In this document: one piece after another, positions 25,134 to 32,000 of the stretch
Position numbering within the stretch: position 1 is the first letter of the stretch
Layout of the letters: each line of letters starts with the position of its first letter
Source: Candidatus Methanoperedens sp.
Lineage (GTDB): Archaea > Halobacteriota > Methanosarcinia > Methanosarcinales > Methanoperedenaceae
Assembly: GCA_027460535.1 (NCBI GenBank)
Contig: JAPZAR010000029.1
Span: forward strand, 33,735 to 65,734
Length of the DNA: 32,000 bases
Reading direction: 5' to 3'
The notes under the pieces: model-generated
What the model was told of the DNA's origin: nothing
Seen by the model: the letters and a program-made list of their open reading frames with translations, nothing else
Database searches by the model: none
Position numbers and translations under genes: made by a program

Positions 25134-25994
25134 ATGGAAAACAATAGGAATGGAGCGCGTCTGAAAGGCAAAGTAGCCCTGGTAACCGGGGGCTCAAGAG
25201 GTATTGGCATGGCGATAGCAATGAGGATGGCGGAGGAAGGCGCGGATGTTGCCATAAATTACCAGAATACCAGAGAGCATGCAGAGAACGTATCTAAACT
25301 GGTAGACCACATAGGCACGATCGATGAAATCGGGAAATTATCGGTGATAATAGATCGTATGGATACCAAGGAGCACGCAAAGGAGGCATCGAAACTGGTG
25401 GAATCAATGGGCTGCCACTCATGTATCGTTCAGGCGAACGTGAGCGATATCGAGCAGGTGAACAAAATGAAAGACGAGGTGCTCAAAAAATTCGGCAAAA
25501 TAGATATTCTGGTCAATAACGCAGGAATCACCAGGGATAAATCGTTCGTCAAAATGACCCCGGAAATGTGGTCAGAAGTAATATCTGTGAACCTGAATGG
25601 GGCGTTCAACTGCACCAAAGCCGTAATAGACGATATGCTGGAACGAAAATACGGGCGCATAATCAATATCTCCTCTGTCATAGGGAGGATGGGCAATTTC
25701 GGACAGGCGAACTATGCAGCATCGAAAGCGGGAATGATCGGCCTTACACAGACGCTTGCAAAAGAATTCGCAGGTAAAGGCATAACGGTCAATGCGATAG
25801 CACCAGGATTCATTGAAACCGATATGGTGAGATCTGTCCCGAAAGAAGCGATGGAAAAAATCCTGGCAAAAATACCCCTCGGCAGACTGGGAAAGCCTGC
25901 AGAGGTCGCCGCAGCCGTGGCCTATCTTGTTTCCCCTGAAGGTGAATACATAACAGGTCAGGTTTTAGATATAAATGGGGGACTTTACATATAA
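25134..25994 (+). CDS. second FabG/PhaB-type SDR carrying a 32-aa in-frame tandem duplication
   Basis: TGGSRGIGMA, NNAG, YAASKAG. Extra segment NTREHAENVSKLVDHIG...DTKEHAKEASKLVESMG (nt 25266-25316 vs 25362-25412). Confidence 0.8.
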   Translation: MENNRNGARLKGKVALVTGGSRGIGMAIAMRMAEEGADVAINYQNTREHAENVSKLVDHIGTIDEIGKLSVIIDRMDTKEHAKEASKLVESMGCHSCIVQANVSDIEQVNKMKDEVLKKFGKIDILVNNAGITRDKSFVKMTPEMWSEVISVNLNGAFNCTKAVIDDMLERKYGRIINISSVIGRMGNFGQANYAASKAGMIGLTQTLAKEFAGKGITVNAIAPGFIETDMVRSVPKEAMEKILAKIPLGRLGKPAEVAAAVAYLVSPEGEYITGQVLDINGGLYI

Positions 25995-26013
25995 TCAAGA
26001 AGGAGTGAATGAA

Positions 26014-26289
26014 ATGGGAGAATATGAAGAAACTCTGGAAGAGATACGGAAAACATTTGGAACGGTTCCAGAATTCATGAGGGTTTTTCCCGGGGATTTA
26101 CTTGTCCGGGATTGGCCTTCATGGAAAAAGGACCTTCCGGGGGAAATAGATCTGGAAAGAGCAAGATACATGCTCAGTACAGACCAGATTCTGGAAGATA
26201 TGCTGACCCGGGAAGATATAACCGGGACCAGAAAGGTTGGGTTCGGCAGCACTGGAACCTCAGAGCCGATCGAAGAAATATCAGATTGA
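26014..26289 (+). CDS. AhpD/carboxymuconolactone-decarboxylase-like protein, diverged or truncated (no CxxC)
   Basis: I place the start at the Met of MGEYEETLEEIRKTFGTVPEFMRVFPGDLLVRDWPSWKK (AGGAG SD 8 nt upstream). The N-terminus resembles archaeal CMD-family proteins. The remainder lacks the Cys motif I would expect. Confidence 0.4.
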   Translation: MGEYEETLEEIRKTFGTVPEFMRVFPGDLLVRDWPSWKKDLPGEIDLERARYMLSTDQILEDMLTREDITGTRKVGFGSTGTSEPIEEISD

Positions 26290-26374
26290 AGTTGTAATAA
26301 AGAGAGAACTAATTTTGAATTGATAGTGGACTCCTTGGAAACTGAAAAGAAAATATCCAATCTGGAAGACCATA

Positions 26375-26508
26375 ATGAAACTTGAAAATGGGTTGCAATT
26401 ATAACGGGAGCGGAAAGTGGTATTGGCAAAGAAACGGCACTTTTGTTCGCTCAGAAAGGAGCCAGGGTGGTCGTGGCAGATATCAATGTGGATGGGCTGG
26501 TCATATAA
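26375..26508 (+). pseudogene. frameshifted, truncated N-terminal remnant of a third SDR gene
   Basis: MKLENG then a stop. In the adjacent frame [40 protein letters not shown], i.e. only the SDR Rossmann N-terminus (TGxxxGIG) and nothing downstream. Confidence 0.6.
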
Positions 26509-26536
26509 ACTCAGGCTAGATACCTGAGTCTTTATT
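26509..26536 (+). terminator. hairpin plus T-tract after the SDR remnant
   Basis: ACTCAGG-ctagata-CCTGAGT (7-bp perfect stem, 26509-26529) followed by CTTTATT. Confidence 0.3.
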
Positions 26537-26649
26537 GCCAGTGATTTCAATACTTTTGAAAAAACCTCACTTGGATAATTATTATTAATCGTTACGAATA
26601 ATTATTTATCGGAAGACTTTTAAAAATAGGTAGGAAGGAGAGATAGAAA

Positions 26650-27054
26650 GTGAGACTGAATAATAAGTTATTAAGAGATGTAATGACAAGAGGTGTGGTA
26701 ACTGTGCCGATGGATGCCACTGCCAAACAGATCGCGACATTGCTGAACAGAAAGGGATTATCAGCAGTCGCAGTTACGGGGCGGGACGGCGAGGCAATGG
26801 GTGTGATTTCTGACATGGACATACTCAAGGTGATAGGAAAAGATGACTGGGAAAATATTACTGCAGACTCTATAATGACTTCCCATGTGGAGGCGGTCGA
26901 CCCTGCTACCACAATTGGCGATGCAGTGAAGATAATGAGGGAAAAACATATTCACAGGTTGATCGTTTTCTCGGAGAAAGGCGTGGGAGCCTCGCAGAGA
27001 CCTATAGGCATACTGAGCGCAAGTGATATTATAAGGGAAGCCGCACGGGCTTAA
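26650..27054 (+). CDS. CBS-domain pair protein
   Basis: Two CBS repeats (VMTRGVVTVPMDAT...GVISDMDILK; IMTSHVEAVDPATT...GILSASDIIR). GTG start with GGAAGGAG upstream. Confidence 0.8.
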   Translation: MRLNNKLLRDVMTRGVVTVPMDATAKQIATLLNRKGLSAVAVTGRDGEAMGVISDMDILKVIGKDDWENITADSIMTSHVEAVDPATTIGDAVKIMREKHIHRLIVFSEKGVGASQRPIGILSASDIIREAARA

Positions 27055-27908
27055 CCAGGCATAAACATCGAGGCGATCACCGGCGTTACGAAAGTCTCGA
27101 TCATCGCTGCAACAAAGAGCAGTGGAACTATCTTCCGTATATAGAATCCAAGGCCGGCATACAACTCCCCTTTTATATCAACTTTCATGCCTTTCAATGA
27201 GGAGTACACGACATCCCCAAGGCGAAGCCCTATACCTGCGCTGATCAGTATCATGGGGACCTCTATTATACCATGCGGTAGTAGCGCAGCGATCACAAAA
27301 AGGGTGCCCTGCTGCCTGGAAACCGTATCTGCCAAAATGCTCAGGATCACACCATTGCCCGCTACAAAAAGAACCGGAATGATGCCAAGCCCGACTCCCA
27401 GAATGATTGCCACCAGGCTTTTTATTGCATTATTCAGGAAAATAACGAAAACGATAGTTACCGGATTAAGCGTTTTTATCCAGCCGAATGATCTTTTTAA
27501 AATTTCCAGGTAATTATCTGACAATCCAGGGTTCCCTACAGCTACGATCAAACCCATAATCAGAGAAATCAAAAAGATCGCCGTAATAGCGATAAGATAT
27601 CTTCTCAGTGAATACAAGTAATCCATGTCTGTTCCCATTTTAAATATTTTCAGCCTGCCCTTTTCTGTTCTTATAATGAATTCATGGCCCCTGCCAAAAT
27701 CTATGGTCAAAATTGCCCTGGTTTTTTCACTGTTAACCTTCATTGAAAGATAGTGATTTTCGGAAGATATATGTATCGCACTGCCGTCATCGCTTTTGTC
27801 AACTTTCGCATTCCTTGCCCAATCAGCACCGAAATCCTTGACCAAAAATCCTATAAACCTCTCGGTATCCTCTCCCGGAATTTCATCCCATCTGAACAAA
27901 TATTGCAT
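27051..27908 (-). CDS. SpoIIM-like (DUF95) membrane protein with a ~100-aa unassigned N-terminal soluble domain
   Basis: C-terminal TM core with FLNNAIKSLVAIILGVGLGIIPVLFVAGNG and LPHGIIEVPMILISAGIGLRLG, the stage II sporulation protein M family pattern. Confidence 0.6.
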   Translation of the reverse strand: MQYLFRWDEIPGEDTERFIGFLVKDFGADWARNAKVDKSDDGSAIHISSENHYLSMKVNSEKTRAILTIDFGRGHEFIIRTEKGRLKIFKMGTDMDYLYSLRRYLIAITAIFLISLIMGLIVAVGNPGLSDNYLEILKRSFGWIKTLNPVTIVFVIFLNNAIKSLVAIILGVGLGIIPVLFVAGNGVILSILADTVSRQQGTLFVIAALLPHGIIEVPMILISAGIGLRLGDVVYSSLKGMKVDIKGELYAGLGFYIRKIVPLLFVAAMIETFVTPVIASMFMPG

Positions 27909-27990
27909 TTTATACTCCCATTAAAATCCGCAGTCTACCACGGCAACAACCGATAAATATAAGCATTTGTGCAAGTATTTTCTGGTCGAC

Positions 27991-28812
27991 ATGGTTAATA
28001 ACCTTTTGGATTACATCATAAGTTCTGCAACCGATGTTAAAGCTTATAATCCGGTAAATACCCTTCTTTTTGGGTTGCTGTTTGCATGTGGCGTGTCCTT
28101 CATTTACGTGTACATAATAAAGAGGGTAGGGCTAAGGATTGACAGGGGTTTTCTTTTTGCAGCAAGCATGTGGGCTTTTTTTGCAATGAGCATACGGCTT
28201 CTTTACGACACGGGCTTTACGAAATCAGTGTGGTTTATAACTCCCTATGTGACGCTGATCGATTTTCTCCTTGCGATATCCACGCTTTTCCTATCCCTGT
28301 ACATTCAAAGGAAGAAAAAAATCGATTATTGGAAAACATGGGGCGTGTCGGGGGCGATACTTGGAATTATTATGCTCTCACTGTCGCCCCTCACCAACTT
28401 GAAAGGATTCAGCCTGATTGTGCTTCTCTGGACAGCTTCCATCCTTATCCTTGTCGGCGCGAGGAAGATATTTCCCAAGTTCCTCACCTGGTGGAACATT
28501 GGCGTGATTGAGGCGCACATGATGGATGCTGCTGGCTCATTTGCAGGCATAACATTTTTTGGCTTCTCTGAGGAGCATGTTCTTGGAGGAACGCTGATAA
28601 AATATGTAGAATCAATCGGCCTCACTTTGTTCGGCTCCGGATCATGGGTGATGTTTCCTTTGAAGCTTGTCGTGCTTGTGCCTGTGCTATATTATATTGA
28701 CAAGTATAGCGAAGACATAAATGAGACAAATTATATCAAGACAGTGTTATTTGTTCTTGGGCTCGCAATAGGGCTGCGGAATGGTTTTAATATTCTGATT
28801 CTCAAGGCATAG
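27991..28812 (+). CDS. DUF63-family archaeal membrane protein
   Basis: I place the start at the ATG of MVNNLLDYIISSATDVKAYNPVNTLLFGLLF (track ORF begins earlier at an alternative start codon, TTG). Multi-pass membrane protein. The N-terminal YNPVNT block matches my recollection of DUF63. Confidence 0.55.
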   Translation: MVNNLLDYIISSATDVKAYNPVNTLLFGLLFACGVSFIYVYIIKRVGLRIDRGFLFAASMWAFFAMSIRLLYDTGFTKSVWFITPYVTLIDFLLAISTLFLSLYIQRKKKIDYWKTWGVSGAILGIIMLSLSPLTNLKGFSLIVLLWTASILILVGARKIFPKFLTWWNIGVIEAHMMDAAGSFAGITFFGFSEEHVLGGTLIKYVESIGLTLFGSGSWVMFPLKLVVLVPVLYYIDKYSEDINETNYIKTVLFVLGLAIGLRNGFNILILKA

Positions 28813-28923
28813 CGCATGCCATGAGTGGTATCCGCAAATAAGATGTATCGTTGATTATGCCGCTAATGTAATACTTATATATATACTCCCAGAGTGTATC
28901 TATTATATTCGTATAGGGACCCT

Positions 28924-29994
28924 ATGAAGGAGAACAAGGAAAAGAACCATAAGAACAAATGGATGCAGCTTCCGAGAAATGTTGTTGTCGGCCATGGTGT
29001 GATCAACGACACTGGTAAGGTGTGTCAAGATCTTAAGCTTAATGGGAGTGCCCTTGTCGTTGCGGGCGGCTCCACCTTCAAAGCTGCTGGAAAAACGGTT
29101 GAAGTCTCACTCGAAGACTCTGGTTTTAATGTGAATGAGGCGATCATAAAAAGCCCCTCACTTGAAGAGGTCATCAAAGTCGAAAAGATATCAACGGAGG
29201 TGAAGGCCTCTTTCTTGCTTGGCGTCGGCGGCGGGAAATCCATAGATATCGCCAAGCTTGCGTCGAAGCACCTTGACCTTCCTTTCATTAGCGTTCCCAC
29301 TGCGGCATCCCATGATGGAATTGTATCCTCGCGAGCCTCGATCATGCGGGATAATATAACAGTTTCAGAAGAGGCACAGACCCCCATAGCCGTTGTTGCA
29401 GACACTGCAATAATATCTGCAGCGCCGTACCGCCTCCTCGCGGCCGGATGCGGGGATATAATATCTAATTACACTGCTGTTCGGGACTGGGAACTTGCGC
29501 ACAGACTGCGCGATGAACCTTATAGCGAATATGCCTCCATAATCTCCAAGATGACCGCAAAAATACTCATCGAATCTGCCGAAGCCATCAAACCCGGCAT
29601 AGAGGAGTCTGCATGGACTGTTGTGAAAGCGCTGGTGGCAAGCGGCGTGGCCATGAGCATCGCGGGTTCTTCCCGTCCTGCGAGCGGTTCCGAACACAAG
29701 TTCAGCCATGCATTGGACGAGATCGCACCGCATCCTGCCCTTCACGGCGAACAATGCGGCGTGGGCACAATTATAATGATGTACCTTCACGGTGGCAACT
29801 GGCAGGAAATACGCACTGCTCTTAAAACAATTGGAGCGCCTGTAAATGCTTCCGAACTGGGAATAGGGGAAGAATATATTATCGAAGCGCTCGTTAATGC
29901 GCACGGGATACGTCCTGAAAGGTATACCATCCTTGGAACGGGACTGACCCGGGAAGCTGCGGAGAAGGCTGCAAAAATTACAAAAGTTATCTAA
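28924..29994 (+). CDS. egsA: NAD(P)-dependent glycerol-1-phosphate dehydrogenase
   Basis: I place the start at the ATG of [58 protein letters not shown] and LHGEQCG are G1PDH/iron-ADH superfamily blocks. This is an archaeal lipid hallmark enzyme. Confidence 0.9.
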   Translation: MKENKEKNHKNKWMQLPRNVVVGHGVINDTGKVCQDLKLNGSALVVAGGSTFKAAGKTVEVSLEDSGFNVNEAIIKSPSLEEVIKVEKISTEVKASFLLGVGGGKSIDIAKLASKHLDLPFISVPTAASHDGIVSSRASIMRDNITVSEEAQTPIAVVADTAIISAAPYRLLAAGCGDIISNYTAVRDWELAHRLRDEPYSEYASIISKMTAKILIESAEAIKPGIEESAWTVVKALVASGVAMSIAGSSRPASGSEHKFSHALDEIAPHPALHGEQCGVGTIIMMYLHGGNWQEIRTALKTIGAPVNASELGIGEEYIIEALVNAHGIRPERYTILGTGLTREAAEKAAKITKVI

Positions 29995-30025
29995 TAGCTA
30001 TATTAAAATGAATCAGGTGAATTAT

Positions 30026-30475
30026 ATGGAAGAACCAGATATAAGCATAACGTTGATAGGAACAAAGCTTGCAAAAGTAGGGAACGAATTCATTTTTAGA
30101 GGGCCAGCAAGAGAGTGTGAAGTATGTAAATTTAATAAAACATGCCTCAGCCTGGTTACTGGCAGCAGGTATAGGATAATAAATTTGAGAAATGGCGGGA
30201 AACTTGAGTGTGCTGTGCACGATTCGGGAGTCTGTGCGGTCGAGGTTATGGAAGAACCGATAACGATGAGCCTTGAATCACGGAAAGCCATTAAAGGTTC
30301 CAGAATAGTGTTTGAAAAACCCAACTGCAATCTAGCCAATTGTGTAAATTATATTGTCTGCAATCCGTCTGGGGTCAGGCGCGGGGATAAATTCACAGTT
30401 GTTGAGGTGACGGGTGAGATAATGGAGCCATGCGAGAAAGGCTATTTATTAAAGGCAGTTAAGGTAAAGAGATAG
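30026..30475 (+). CDS. UPF0179-family protein
   Basis: ITLIGTKLAKVGNEFIFRGPARECEVCKFNKTCLSL...GSRYRI...ECAVH...CNPSGVRRGDKF matches the UPF0179 Cys pattern. I place the start at the ATG of MEEPD preceded by AGGTGA (track start 30008). Confidence 0.7.
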   Translation: MEEPDISITLIGTKLAKVGNEFIFRGPARECEVCKFNKTCLSLVTGSRYRIINLRNGGKLECAVHDSGVCAVEVMEEPITMSLESRKAIKGSRIVFEKPNCNLANCVNYIVCNPSGVRRGDKFTVVEVTGEIMEPCEKGYLLKAVKVKR

Positions 30476-30476
30476 C

Positions 30477-30716
30477 ATGAAAAAGATGGACGAGAACAAA
30501 TGCATGGATTGCGGTGCTGACCTGACGAGCAGGAAAAGGTACCCGGTCTATTCAGCACGGCTGGCAGTCCTCGGGTACAGATGCGCAGAATGCCATGAGA
30601 AAAGCAAAACCCCCGGGGCGAAGAAACGCGAAGAGGAGATAAGCAAGCTCACAAAAGAAGTACCAAAACTCGAAAATGTAGCCCAGAATATTCGCAAGGC
30701 GCTTGATAAGAAATAA
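30477..30716 (+). CDS. small zinc-ribbon protein with a Lys/Glu-rich tail (hypothetical)
   Basis: Two CxxC pairs (CMDCG ... CAECH). The gene starts 1 nt after the upstream stop. Confidence 0.5.
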   Translation: MKKMDENKCMDCGADLTSRKRYPVYSARLAVLGYRCAECHEKSKTPGAKKREEEISKLTKEVPKLENVAQNIRKALDKK

Positions 30717-30776
30717 TCTCCGGTGCTCCATATCCCGGACCCGCCGAGATAAGTACATTCGATTAAGCAAACATAA

Positions 30777-31430
30777 ATGATAGAATCACCTCACACGACC
30801 GGAGAGGTCATGTTGCCATCAAGTGCTGGTTTGCTCGAGGCGGAGCTCATGCTCCCTTTCCCGGAATGCGAAAAATACCCTGCTGCAGCAGTTGTATGCC
30901 ACCCTCATCCCCTTTATGGAGGATCCTTGCACAGCAAAGTCGTGGTCGCGGTATCCCATGCATTCCTTGCGCTGGGCATACCCTCGCTGCGCTTCAACTT
31001 CCGTGGGGTTGGCAGAAGCAGCGATAGATACGACAATGGCATAGGAGAAAAGGATGATGCCGTAGCTGCACTAGACTATATGGAAGGCTGGGGAGATAGC
31101 CTCATTATTGCAGGTCACTCTTTTGGGGCATGGATGAGCATGAAAGCGGGATGTGAAGACACAAGGGTGAAGATGATCATTGGGGTAGGTACACCTGTCA
31201 ATTTTGTGGATATGACTTTTCTCAGGGATTGTATGAAACCCAGGCTTTTTGTTCATGGTATGCGGGATCAACTCATACCCGTCGAGAAAGTGGAAGAGCT
31301 TTACTCATGGCTATCTGAACCAAAAAAGCTCATCAAAATGGATAGGGCTGACCATTTCTTTACTGGAAAGCTTGATGAGCTGTCAGAAATAGTGAAATCT
31401 TTAACAAAAGAATACCTGCATCTACAGTAG
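30777..31430 (+). CDS. alpha/beta hydrolase (COG2945-like)
   Basis: VVCHPHPLYGGSLHSKVV, nucleophile elbow GHSFGA, candidate acid (HGMRDQL) and His (RADHFF). Confidence 0.75.
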   Translation: MIESPHTTGEVMLPSSAGLLEAELMLPFPECEKYPAAAVVCHPHPLYGGSLHSKVVVAVSHAFLALGIPSLRFNFRGVGRSSDRYDNGIGEKDDAVAALDYMEGWGDSLIIAGHSFGAWMSMKAGCEDTRVKMIIGVGTPVNFVDMTFLRDCMKPRLFVHGMRDQLIPVEKVEELYSWLSEPKKLIKMDRADHFFTGKLDELSEIVKSLTKEYLHLQ

Positions 31431-31487
31431 GCAATGCTATCATGAGATTCTTTTATAATCATAATTGATTCAGGAAGATAACAAACC

Positions 31488-31912
31488 GCGGATAAAAGCC
31501 CCGAGTCGCGGGCGTCCCGAGTCACGCCTCGGGATGGCGTGTCCATGTATGCCTGCAGGGCATACGTGTTGTTTGGGAGTCGAGAACCGTTAGCTTTCGG
31601 TCTGAGAACCCGCAGGGTTTCGAAGCGGCGCATCCACGTCAACCATTGCGCCAGTTGACGTCGCACAACCGTCACGTCGGTTGACGCCGTGCACACGTAT
31701 GCCAGCTGCATACGTGGACGCGTACTCAAGGGACGCGACCCTTGACGTATGGCTCCGCCATACGTGGATATGGCCACGCGATATGCCCGCAAGCATACGT
31801 GTCCATGCGTCACGACGAGCATAACGCCGATGAAGGCGGATAAACACCATCTGCGTTTATTTGCGTTCGTATATACAACATCCATGCGAGAAATATAAAA
31901 ACGTTCTTGCAC
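31488..31912. repeat. GC-rich non-coding island of short ACGT-core hairpins (CATACGTG and GTTGACGT units), bracketed by GCGGATAAA direct repeats
   Basis: GCGGATAAA at 31488-31496 and 31836-31844. Hairpins: 31516-31533 (CCCGAG/CTCGGG), 31544-31568, 31636-31661 (ACGTCAAC/GTTGACGT), 31694-31716 (CACGTATG/CATACGTG) and 31745-31765 (ACGTATGG/CCATACGT). A further CATACGTG lies at 31794-31801. Confidence 0.6.
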
Positions 31913-31929
31913 CTACATAAAAGTAGGTC

Positions 31930-31989
31930 GAGAGGGTAACAAACATTGCGTTTGGGATCCGTTCCCGTAGATTAACCTGTTGCCCTCTC
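31930..31989. other. 60-nt hairpin with a 12-bp stem near the window edge (unassigned; possible small RNA or terminator)
   Basis: GAGAGGGTAACA (31930-31941) pairs with TGTTGCCCTCTC (31978-31989), with one G-U pair if RNA. An inner GGGA-tccgt-TCCC mini-hairpin sits in the loop. Confidence 0.3.
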
Positions 31990-32000
31990 ATCCTTTTGAT

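Noticed and set aside
31301-31912. 203-aa and 86-aa minus-strand ORFs
   Set aside because: The 203-aa ORF overlaps the 3' 130 nt of the well-supported hydrolase gene. Both ORFs run through the hairpin-repeat island. Their Arg-rich composition tracks GC content and shows no motifs.
1-32000. CRISPR arrays, IS elements/transposases, integrases, rRNA genes
   Set aside because: I scanned for regularly spaced 25-40-nt direct repeats, DDE/tyrosine-recombinase-like ORFs and rRNA-like conserved blocks. None was found.

Overview
Archaeal chromosomal window. I infer a Methanosarcinales / ANME-2d ('Methanoperedens'-like) host from the gene content: G1P dehydrogenase egsA, archease, AMP phosphorylase, UPF0179, DUF63, intron-bearing tRNAs including a C1-G72 tRNA-Tyr, a c-type cytochrome and PHA genes. 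Housekeeping genes are a recJ-like gene, thi4, valS, a crcB pair with DUF190, tRNA-Arg, tRNA-Tyr, rnz, AMP phosphorylase, aroD, archease and egsA. They are interrupted by low-GC accessory islets and two GC-rich non-coding repeat islands. Main points: (1) A low-GC islet at 15.3-19.5 kb pairs a UbiA-family prenyltransferase with a stand-alone FIST protein and a 521-aa squalene-hopene-cyclase-family class II terpene cyclase carrying an intact DxDDTA motif. This is unexpected in an archaeon and is my best candidate for an undescribed pathway. (2) A complete bacterial-style PHA operon at 20.4-26.0 kb encodes a four-module PhaE-repeat phasin-like protein, phaE, phaC with a basic tail, a thiolase and two SDR reductases, one with an in-frame 96-nt tandem duplication. 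Decayed gene remnants follow it and a 32-bp palindrome precedes it. (3) A solitary PUA/EVE-like + HNH fusion at 5.95-6.88 kb is a putative modification-dependent restriction enzyme. (4) Heptamer and hairpin repeat islands lie at 7.08-7.44 kb and 31.49-31.91 kb. I saw no CRISPR array, transposase, integrase or rRNA. All domain calls come from reading motifs by eye; no database search was possible.
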